This document shows positions 1 to 9,707 of a stretch of 64,000 nucleotides of DNA, piece after piece. The notes beneath the pieces are model-generated. The model was not told the DNA's origin, ran no database searches, and saw only the letters and a program-made list of their open reading frames with translations. The stretch lies in assembly GCF_032191835.1 (NCBI RefSeq), contig NC_083224.1:113150001-113214000 (forward strand), in the 5' to 3' direction. The first letter of the stretch is position 1, and every line of letters begins with the position of its first letter. The position numbers and the translations under genes are program-made. The DNA comes from Heteronotia binoei. Its lineage: Eukaryota.

Positions 1-1885
1 AAATTTCAGCCAAGGCTTCACTTAATATTTTCTGCAAATCTTCAGTTTTCTCTTCTGGTATGTTTTGAAACCTCAGCATATAGGCAGCTCTATCTACTTC
101 CAACCGCAAGAGTCTAGATTCATGTATGTTCTAGTCTTTTTCCAGTTGTTCCACCTTTTGTGTATTCTCTGTCACCTGGCCATCTAATACTTTTAAGGCT
201 TTATTAGTCTCTGCTGTCTGTCTGCTATTCTCCAAAAGCTCTTGTTTAATCTCTGTCATCTGTTCACCAATGTTATCTACTTTACTAGTCAGCTGTGCTA
301 TGACAGTCATTAAGGTGTTTTGCATCTCTTTCATGTCTCCCTGCATGGTCGTAAATTTCACTTGCCCAGATGGAGCACTGGGTGAAGGTATTGATGGTTT
401 TCCTTCTCGATTTTCTTTTTTTAACCGCTTCTTTAAAACCAATAACAGCTTTATTTTCCATTCCAAGTCTATATGCTGCCTCTTCAGAATTTATTTTGGA
501 ACTCTGTCTTCCTGTTTATAACAGATAAGCTAATCTCCACCAGGCAATGCTGTTATTATGGAATGATTTTAAAAGGAAAACAGCCTTCTAGCTGCTATCA
601 ACAATTTGTCATACCCAAAACAATAGTAAGACTAATAATAAACAAACATGCTTAATAGTACATAGCCAAAACAATTCAATTCACTGCAACAAAAACGAAT
701 TCATTATAGCAAGTCCTCTACCAATGATAGTTCAATTGAAATCCAAGTCACTACGGGATCTTCCAACTGCTTCAAGGTATAAATTTGTAATCCAGGGCTG
801 AATGCCCTATTTATAATCCAGGAATGAGATAAAAAAAATAAAAAATAAGCAAATAATCCAGGAGGAAAATAAAACCAGGCACTCCTAAAGAAAAAAGCAA
901 AAAATAATAAAAATAAGGAAAACTCCAAATTTGATAAGCAAAGAAAGGAAGGGTGAAAAGATACATCCAAAGCCAAAAATATTCAAACTATATATAAGAA
1001 AATTCAAACCATGAGTAGAAAGGGGGAAAAAAGGTAAGAGCAAAATTAAAAGGTTATATCCATAACATCCAACGTCAAGGAATTATAATCCACTTTAAAA
1101 ACTGGCACAAATATTCTTCTTTCAACCAAGGATCCTATTATTTTTTATGGGTCAATATATAATGCCCACTAGAATTTAAAAGTCAAGTTGGAGCTCATAT
1201 AAATTCATTCAGAGCACTTCCATTTAAGCTTCAAATTGCTCTTTAAACCAGCTGTCCTTCACATCCATATATGCTTACAAACAACTTTCCCAAAGTCAAA
1301 ACTTTTTTCCCAGAAGGGAGTTTAAAACAAATCAATTAAATTCAGCCATCAAGTCTCTTCTACATTTAAAGATGGGTGTGATTCTCCTCACGCAGGTATT
1401 ATAGGTTTCACCAAGATAGGCAGAAACTTTTAGAAGCCTTGAAGGAGAAGGAGAGAGAGTCCCCCCCCCCTTCTCAGTCTTTTGCCTCCACTTGAATTCT
1501 GCTTCAGCCCCGGTTCTCCATTTCCCTGCTTGTCAAGAGCAATGCCTTAAAAGTCAGCAATAAAAGAATGAACACTTACAGACATAATAGTAGAGATGCA
1601 GGTTGTCTTGCTATTGCAGAGTTGCTTAGATCAGAAAAAGGGTAAGGAATAAGTCGGCAGTCGACCCTCGAGCCAGCGGGATCAGGGGCAGCTGCCTCCA
1701 CTGTCACCCCCGTTCAACCACTCGAGCTCCCTGCCTTCTAGGACCCTTCCTGGGTCCCAGAGTCAAGTCACCCTTCGTGGGGGACCCCTCGAACAGTCCA
1801 ATTTAGAAGCGGCTCTGGAGGCACCGGTCCGAGCCGCTCATAAAGACGCGTCGCCGAAACCGGAAGACCAGCCCTACTCTCTCTC
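1..1885 (-). mobile_element. L1-clade LINE 5' end (GC-rich start, long 5'UTR, ORF1 N-terminal part) in the last DIO1 intron, antisense to DIO1
   Basis: ORF 131..466 is coiled-coil-like; past an in-frame TAG (133-131) the frame continues NIHESRLLRLEVDRAAYMLRFQNIPEEKTEDLQKILSEALAEI, an L1 ORF1 RRM-start motif; CpG-rich 5' end at about 1660-1880. Confidence 0.82.
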
Positions 1886-1904
1886 ATGGCAAATTCATGC
1901 AAAT

Positions 1905-2110
1905 TTATTTTATTTTTATGTATTTGATTTATACCCCGCCCTCCCCACCGAAGCAGGCTCAGGGCGGCTTACAGCATAAAATTCCAGAAACAATAAAATT
2001 GATAAGTTTTAAAATACATATTCGGTAATAAATAACAATGATTAAAACAATTAAAACAGAAAAACAGACTATTAAATTGGTGATGGCCACAATAAAAACA
2101 AAAACAACAA
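1905..2110 (-). mobile_element. L2-type 3' terminal fragment
   Basis: tttataccccgccc...cagggcggcttaca motif; the same motif is joined to L2 ORF2 coding sequence at 34340-34815. Confidence 0.65.
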
Positions 2111-3023
2111 CAACTTCAGGAGGCTGCAGTTTTTACCTGGAAGAGAGGGATGCTTCCCCCACCTGCAATATTTCAGCTATTGGTCATTAACCCATTCACT
2201 TTCACCACCTCTAGGATTCCAGATGCATTAGGAAGATTAAACATGTACATGGAATCCTGCAGTGCAGAAGCTTGGAGCAAATCCAGAACAGATAAATGGC
2301 TGACAGAGAAGGCATTAAGCTCTATTGCTTCTCTATTCAGTACTGTAGCTTTCAAAAGCTGCTCTTCTTTTAAAAAAATCCACTAGAACATAATAGTTTG
2401 CATGAAACATGCATTTACATAGTCCTTTAGCCTCCAGAAATCTAGAAGGAAGACAAGGGTTAGATCCACTGATCCATCCACAGAAAGCCAACCATTTCCA
2501 ACCCCAAGGAAAGTGATTCCTAGAGTCATAGGACCAATGTGGTATCATTAGCCATACAAGTTGGTGAACTGCAGTGAAAAGGGAAAAAGAGGTGAAATTA
2601 TCCTTCCTTCCTTTTTGGTTAGTGGAGCTGCTTCTTCCGTCAGCAGAGCTCCACTGATAGACAAGGCAGAAGGAAGTGATTTCTTCCTCTGTCCCCTCAC
2701 TGCAGCCCACATGGCTATTACACCATGTGAGTTCGGTAACACCAAGAATTCATTTTCCAGTGGACTGCTGGTGGAAGGGGAAGCAAACTTTGTGGGAGCA
2801 GAGTGCTGGACTGATTGGAAATTTTTGTAATAGTTAACCAATTTGATTTCTAATTGAGATATTATTAAACAACTGTTGCACGCCATGTTTTATCATGCAA
2901 GAAGTTTTCAAAAAGATTACAGATACCCTAGAAATGTCTCTTGTCAGTCTTTTCTGTACCATCCCACTTCACAATAATTATTCAGATTGAAACCAATGGT
3001 AAACTTTTTATTTTATTTTACAG

Positions 3024-3089
3024 GGTGGAGTGGGACCTTGGAATTATAGCCCTCAAGAAGTACGTGAAGTTTTGGAACAACTACTCTAA
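3024..3089 (+). CDS. DIO1: Type I iodothyronine deiodinase, last coding exon (GGVGPWNYSPQEVREVLEQLL*); upstream exons lie left of the window
   Basis: Polypyrimidine tract and CAG acceptor at 3021-3023; translation matches the DIO1 C-terminus as recalled ([20 protein letters not shown]); DIO1-type SECIS downstream; synteny with IFT25/LRRC42. Confidence 0.93.
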   Translation, partial: GGVGPWNYSPQEVREVLEQLL

Positions 3090-3659
3090 TTGAATAAAAC
3101 AAACCTACTAGTGGCCCCCTAAAGTAATTAACATAATTACTCCATAATCTGCTGCTTCTTTTTTAAAAAGGATTAATATTGATTTAGAAAATATTGTATA
3201 TATTAAGTAAATCCCATCCATATGAGGAAAATGGGCACTGTACATTGTGCACCTATCATTACCCCCACATAGGTCAACCATACACAATAGATTCATAATG
3301 TGGTAACTGCAGTAATCCCTTGCTTGTATGTAATTGAAAGCTTAAATCAGTATGGCCTAAACATACATGCAAATAAGGGTTAGTAGCCACTTGAAAACCA
3401 ACTTATAGAAGTGGCTTCATACAGCAAGCTTTTCACACGAAGCAATCTGTCAATCACTTCTATTTGGAATTCATCAACAGCTTGTGGTAGAGTGATGTAA
3501 ACTGTCAGAACTGCACAGCAAGAAGTTTCACGAGAACTGCTTGTCTTGCAGAGTAGTCACCACATAGCTGAACAATGTAAATAATAACCCTCCTCCTTGG
3601 TTGCCAAGTGACAATAAGATTTTCCAACATGGACCACAGCCTAACTATTGGAACTGCCA

Positions 3660-4053
3660 GAACAAAATTTGAGTCCAGTGGCATCTTTAAGACCAACAAC
3701 TTTTTTAAAGGTGCAGGGCTTTTTTTGGTAGCAGGAACTCCTTTGCATATTAGGCCACACACCCCTGATGTAGCCAATCCTCCAAGAGTTTACAGGTCTC
3801 TTCTTACAGGGGCTACTGAAATCTCCAGGAGGATCGGCTACATCAGGGTGCGTGTCCTAATATGCAAAGGAGTTCCTGCTACCAAAAAAAGCCCTGGGTA
3901 TAAGCTTTTGTATGCATGCACACTTCTGATATCTGAAGAAGTATGTATGCACATGAAAGCTTATACTTTGAATAACACTTCATTGTTTTCAAGGTGCCAC
4001 TGGACTCAAACTTTGTTCTGGTGCTTCAGACCAACACAGCTACCCACCTGAAT
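3660..4053. mobile_element. Penelope-type inverted terminal-repeat insertion with 15-bp TSD, in the DIO1 3'UTR
   Basis: TSD CTATTGGAACTGCCA at 3645-3659 and 4054-4068; inverted arms (gagtccagtggcatctttaagacc / ggtgccactggactc); hammerhead relic CTGAAGA..GAAA at 3933-3958. Confidence 0.75.
3714..3896. mobile_element. Palindromic MITE (CAGGGCTTTTT TIR family) nested in the Penelope-type insert
   Basis: About 70-bp inverted arms cagggctttttttggtagcaggaactcctttgcatattagg...; no clean TSD. Confidence 0.8.
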
Positions 4054-4358
4054 CTATTGGAACTGCCACACTGTGACAACTTTAAATGTGAGAAGTCTTT
4101 GTTTTGAGGAACCCAGACTATTGCATGCTTGGATAATGGATGCTTGGGTAAAAGATGCTCACATATTATGACAAACTGTACATTGCATGTCTGTGCAGGC
4201 ATACTCTTCCCATGAGCTGGATCAAGCAAACATACACAGCCTCAGCACTTCCCCCTCAGTACACAATGGACAGTGTTGGGATCATGCCTAAAGCTTCTAA
4301 TAAGCAAGAGACTTAACAGCTTTCTGAACTGTTGTAATAGTTTGCTGTTGTTTTTATT

Positions 4359-4423
4359 TATATTTGTTTATGATAGCCACAGCTTAAAACTTGGGCAGTT
4401 GTGACTTGATTTAGGAAAAATAT
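4359..4423 (+). promoter_or_regulatory. DIO1: SECIS element in the DIO1 3'UTR
   Basis: ATGA at 4370-4373, helix TAGCCACAGCT/AGTTGTGACTT, unpaired AAAA at 4386-4389, TGAT at 4407-4410; closely resembles the mammalian DIO1 SECIS as recalled. ATTAAA at 4453-4458 is a plausible polyA signal. Confidence 0.92.
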
Positions 4424-5699
4424 CTATAGAAACAGGATGCTAAACTATGCATATTAAACTGTGTCTCACAATCTTACTAGGCTTTAACTTGTTCTTTTAA
4501 ACTATAATTTCCCAATATTTTTATTGTTGTATGAACAGAAGAGTTATCACAAACTAGGATGCTGGGTGGTAGCATCCTTTCTTGCAATTTACCGTAATTA
4601 GCTTCCCTTTCTTTTAACTTGGGGGACTTGGAAGAAACAATATAATATTGTTTGCATATGTCCATTTCTTACTATTCCCTTTCAGAAGACCATTTCTTGA
4701 ATATTCTAGTTCATGATACCTATTAATGGATTAGTCTTTGTATGAAGAGTAAATGACATTAAACAGGATTCACTTAAAGCATGGTCAAATGTTTGTATGA
4801 ACCTAGTGTGATATATTTTGGTTTAAAAAACAGATTTGCCATGTGACATGAAATGCTGCACTTTGAGAAAGCACAGGAAACCCCTGTGTGGAATCAGTCA
4901 AATGGTTCTGAATGTGTACATATCAGTTTGCATACAAAGTTGCTTGAATTTCACACACTCAGTGACAGGGGCATTAAAGTACTCCCAAAACATTAAAAAC
5001 TTAGTCATTCCCATGATATAGTTCACCACACTCTGGATTTCTGAAAACATGACATGTTCACACTCCTCACTTCAAACAGAATAAGCCAAAATTCAGCAGA
5101 CAGAACACTGGGTTTCAACAGTTCACACTTGAAATAGCCAAAGGTTAGGAATTCAAACTCAAAGTTGGCATCAGTGTTGGACCTACCCTGTGTAGTTCCA
5201 CAGAGTGCAATTCTATCCCCCTTGCTTTTTCAATCTTTTCAAACTACCCACAAGCTATATGTAGCACTGCTAACTGTACCCCATTTCATTGTCTGATGAA
5301 GTGTCCTGCAGACAGTTCACTGACTGCCCATCAGTTACTGGGTTCAATTTAAAATACTAGCTATCCCATGTGAAATCCTTCATGGCCTTGGTCCCTCATA
5401 TTTGCAAAACTGCCTTTCTCCTTACCTTCCGCCATGACAGCTTTGCTCATTGGAGCAGGATCTTCTGCAGGTGCCAATTTGTTAATGGACAAAAACAACA
5501 ACTGCCCATACATGTGCCTTCTTCATTGTGGGCCCCACCTTATGGAATGGCTTGCCTGAGGTCAGGAAGGCTCCTGCTCTCATGGCTTTCCTTAGCTTGT
5601 TATACCTGTTTGCATCTGTTAAAACATTGTTTCATTATGTTGTATGCTAATTTGCTGTGCAACCTCTGCCTTATGTATGAACTAGTAAATTATCCATTT

Positions 5700-5810
5700 C
5701 ATTGTATCTGAGGAAATGTGTGTGCACACGAAAGTTCGTACCTTGAATAAAACCTTGAATGCATACCTTGAATTGATCTTAAAGGTACCACTGGACACAA
5801 ACTTTGTTTT
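5700..5810 (+). mobile_element. Penelope-type terminal repeat fragment with hammerhead-like core
   Basis: gtat-CTGAGGA-a-(stem)-GAAA-g-TTC-gtac, then ccttgaataaaac...aaggtaccactggac; same family as 3660-4053. Confidence 0.6.
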
Positions 5811-6312
5811 ATGCCAAACTAATTATTCAAGGGGGCTTTTCTATTCAGGCAATAGAGTTGCACTGTACTAAGTGATTCACAAAGTTACTTAGAGAAATTA
5901 TTAAGTACTACACTACTTGTTGAAACTAGGATCCTGCCTTGGAACTTTCCCATCATTTAGTGTGTATATTAATACTTCTGCTTTGCTTCCATTTTTAGAC
6001 TTCTGGTTGTTTTTCAACCCAAATCCTATTGCATTGTTTACTGAATGTCCCATCCATCAATTTTATTGACTCATTCTGTGTGATCCCATCCTAAGTCCAA
6101 GTGAGAAAGGCAAACTATGAATAATGTAAATAAACAATGTACGTCAATAAATAAAAGTAACTGGGGCAAGCCTTGAATGCAGACTTCTACATTCATGTTT
6201 CAAGAATTTCTGCATTAGGACTGGGAACTTAGAATAATAGAATCATAGAGTTGGAAGGTACCTCCAGGGTCATCTAGTCCAACCCCCTGCACAATGCAGG
6301 AAACTCACAAAT

Positions 6313-7125
6313 CTCTCGGCTTGACTTCGTGAACGAAGATTTAAAAAAGGTGCAGTAGTCCACGTCTGCTGCAGGCTCGCTGGTGGCTGACAAGACCAAT
6401 GAGGGACAGGCAGGTCCGGCCACAGTGGCTGCAGGGAAAAGTCTGATTTGGAGTTGGTGCTGTAGCAGTACGATTCTTCCTCAATCTCCTTTTGTCCTCA
6501 AGACCAGATATGTGTGCGTTCTCAAAGGAAGAGACAGCCTGGTGGATGGTGTGCCTCCATGCTTTGCGATCTGAGGCTAGGTCAGACCACTGGTGATGGT
6601 TAATGCAACAGGTACCAAGGGATTTCTTCAAGGAGTCCTTGTACCTCTTCTTTGGTGCCCCTCTATTTCAATGGCCGGTGGAAAGTTCGCCATACAGGGC
6701 AATCTTGGGAAGGCGGTGGTTTTCCATCCTGGAGATATGCCCTGCCCAGCGCAGCTGCGTCTTCAACAGCAATGCCTCGATGCTTGTAAGCTCCGCCCGC
6801 TTGAGGACTTCAGTGTTGGTCACAAAGTCACTCCAGTGGATGTTGAGGATGGTGCGAAGGCAGCACTGATGAAAGCGCTCAAGGAGTCGCAGGTGATGAC
6901 GGTATAAAACCCACGATTCGGAGCCGTAGATGAGGGTTGTCATCACAACCGCTTTGTAAACATTGATCTTTGTGCCTTTTTTCAGATGCTTGTTGCTCCA
7001 CACTCTTTTATGCAGTCGGCCAAATGCACGGTTTGCCTTTGCCAGTCTATTGTCAATCTCCTTGTCGATCTTGGCGTCTGAGGAGATGATGCACCCCAGG
7101 TAGCTGAACTGCTGGACTGTCTGTG
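6313..7125 (-). mobile_element. 5'-truncated RTE-clade LINE
   Basis: FSYLGCIISSDAKIDKEIDNRLAKANRAFGRL...QLRWAGHISRM...LPKIALYGEL, then C-terminal FPCSHCGRTC...GLVSHQRAC zinc-knuckle; one frameshift near 6668. Confidence 0.9.
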
Positions 7126-7346
7126 TTGCAATAAATAAATAGATCCTGTTTGGTTTGTTAAACACTCAGCATAAGAAACATTCAAAATTCACAGGATCTT
7201 CATTGTTGTGAGAGGGCCATCTAGCCTCTGTTTAGAAACCTCCAAGGAAGGAGAGCCCACCACCTCCTGAGAAAGCCTGTTCCACTTCCTTCTTAATGTT
7301 GAGCCAAAACACTTTTGATTTAATTTCAACCCATTCATTTCAACTT

Positions 7347-7560
7347 GGGGAGAGATGGTGGCTCAGTGGTAGAGCATCTGCTTGGTAAGCAGAAGGTCCC
7401 AGATTCAAGCCCTGGCATCTCCAAATAAAAAGGGTCCAGGCAAATAGGTGTGAAAAACCTCAGCTTTAGACCATAGAGAGCTGCTGCCGGGCTGAGTAGA
7501 CAATACTGACTTTGATGGACCGAGGGTCTGATTCAGTATAAGGCAGTTTCATATGTTCAT
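7347..7560 (+). mobile_element. tRNA-derived SINE inserted in the CR1
   Basis: A-box tggctcagtgg, B-box-like gattcaagccc, body shared with the copy at 25690-25895. Confidence 0.8.
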
Positions 7561-9599
7561 AGGTTCTGGTCCTACCCTCTGGGGCCACAGAAAACAATTC
7601 CACACTATCTTCTATATGAGTACTTGAAGATGGTGATCATATCACCACTCAGCTGCCTTCTCTCCAAGCTAAACATGCTCAGCTCCTTCTTTCTTCATAG
7701 GACTTGGTCTCCAGACCCCTCACTATCTTCGTCACCCTCCTCTGGATCCATTCCAGCTTGTCTATATCCTTTTTAAAAAGTGGTACCCAAAACTGAACAC
7801 AATACTCCAGGGGAAGACTTACCAGAGCAAAGTAACACCATCACTTCACGTGATATGGACACTATACTTCTGTTGATACAGCCCAAAATTGCATTTGCCT
7901 TTTTAGCCACCACATCACACTGTTGACTCATATTCAGTGTATGGTCCACTAAGACCCCTAGATCCTTTTCACACATACTACTGCTAAGACAAGTCTCCCC
8001 CATCCTATAGCCATGCATTGGATTTTTCCTACCTAAATGCAGAACTTTACATTTATCCCTGTTAAAATTCATTTTATTGGTTTTAGCCCAGTTTTCTAGC
8101 CTGTCAAGATCATCCTGTATCCTGTTTCTGTCTTCTACTGTGTTTGCAACCCCTCCCAATTTAGTATAATCTGCAGATTTAATAAGCATTCCCTCTACTC
8201 CTTCATCCAAATCATTGATAAAGATGTTGAACAAAACAGGTCCCAGGACAGATCCTTATCACTCCTCTCAAAGAGGATGAGGAACCATTCACAAGCACTC
8301 TTTGGGTGTGATCTGTCAACCAGTTACAGATCCACCTAATGGTAACAGGATCCAAACCACATTCTACCAACTTGTCAACAAGGACAGTATGTGGAACCTT
8401 ATCAAAAGCCTTACTGAAATCAAGATAAACTATGTCTACAGCATTTCCCTAATTCAGCAAGGTAGTCACTTTCTCAAAAAAAGAGATCAGGTTTGTCTGA
8501 CATGACTTGTTCTTGAGAAAACCATGCTGGCTCTTAGTAATCACAGACATCCTTTCTAAATGTTCCAGGACTGTTTGATGATTTGTTCTAAAACTTTTCC
8601 AAGTATAGATGTCAAGCTGGCAGGTCAGTAGTTACCCGCATCCTCCTTTTTCCCCTTCTTGAAGATGGGGACAGCATTCACACATCTCCAATTTTTCAGC
8701 ACCTCTCCTGTTCTCCAAGAATTCTCAAAAATAATAGCCAGAGGCTCAGAAATTACATCCGCAAGCTCTTTTAGAACCGTTGGATGCAGTTCATCTGGCC
8801 CTGAGGACTTTGTTTCTTTTAAAGAAACTAGGTGTTTATATACTACCTCTATGCTGATCCTAGGTTGGAACTTCATACCCTCACTATATGTTCTGTTTTT
8901 GCCATGTTGAACACCATTTCCCTCAGAAGAGAAGACTGAGGAAAAGTAGGAATTGAGCAGTTTGGCCCTCTCTTCATTACCTGTTACAATTTCACTTTCC
9001 TGCCCTTGCAATGTGCCTACTGTATCCTTGCTCTTTTTCTTACTCTGAATGTAAGAAAAGAACCCTTTTTTGTTGTTTTTAGCATCTTAGGCCAGCCTAA
9101 GCTCATACTGAGCTTTAGCTTTCCTAACTTTTTCTCTACAAGCACTGGTGATTTGTTTATATTCATCCTTGGTTATAAGGCGTTCCTGCCAATTCCTAAA
9201 GGAGTCTTTTTAATTTCTCAAGTCCTTAGAGAGCTGTTTATGGAGCCATCTTGGCTTCTTCCAATTTTTCTTCTCATAGGAATTGTCTGTGATTGTGCTT
9301 TCAGTATTTCACTTTTAAGAAACTCCCACCCTCTTGAACTCCCTTCTTCCTAAGCATTTCTGAGTTCCAATGGCAATGGTGAAAAAAATGCTTGCAGCTG
9401 TACTTACTCATATAAGCATGTTTTGTGTCAGAACTTTCTGGTTGAGGAAACAATTCTACAGCAAAATCATACAGAAGATTCATTTTGCTAAACATTATTT
9501 AATGGAATGAATGTATTAAATAATCAGAAAATCAGACAAGAAACAGGAAAAAATCAATACCATATTACTACTTTGATTTACAGCACTTCAACCTTGGTT

Positions 9600-9707
9600 T
9601 TAAATATCTTGTGCTATTCCTTCTGCTATTACCCTATGAACTGACACGAAAGTATCAAAGGCAGATAAAATGATGAATCTCAGGTGGGTAGCCTGGAACT
9701 CAGGAAA
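9600..9707 (-). CDS. IFT25: IFT25 coding exon 5 (last)
   Basis: [35 protein letters not shown]; cag acceptor; ATTAAA on the minus strand at 9503-9498. Confidence 0.93.
   Translation of the reverse strand, partial: FPEFQATHLRFIILSAFDTFVSVHRVIAEGIAQDI

Larger units (their letters stand above)
6232..9360 (-). mobile_element. 5'-truncated CR1 LINE, interrupted by an RTE (6313-7125) and a SINE (7347-7560)
   Basis: CR1 3' end (tagaatcatagagttggaagg) at about 6235; ORF2 fragments 7773..8234 (FNIFINDLDEG, KFADD-like, CKVLHLG) and 8625..9011 (KSSGPDELHP, IFKKGKKED). Confidence 0.9.

Noticed and set aside
2150-2890. Possible DIO1 exon 3
   Set aside because: No frame gives the expected DGWAF...DRL.AA...VVVDTM...YAALPERLY sequence; that exon must lie left of the window.
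6313-7125. Calling the RTE element BovB
   Set aside because: The C-terminus has a CxxC-H-C knuckle and lacks the BovB-type ending as I recall it; kept as generic RTE clade.
7347-7430. tRNA-like sequences (also 25690-25760 and 29935-30010)
   Set aside because: A and B boxes are present but there is no complete cloverleaf, and each runs into a shared SINE body; these are SINE heads, not tRNA genes.
9395-9460. Exon-like segment on the minus strand (tgtag|...|gtaagt) just past IFT25
   Set aside because: It lies beyond the IFT25 stop and polyA signal, shows no recognisable homology and has no partner exons; probably chance.
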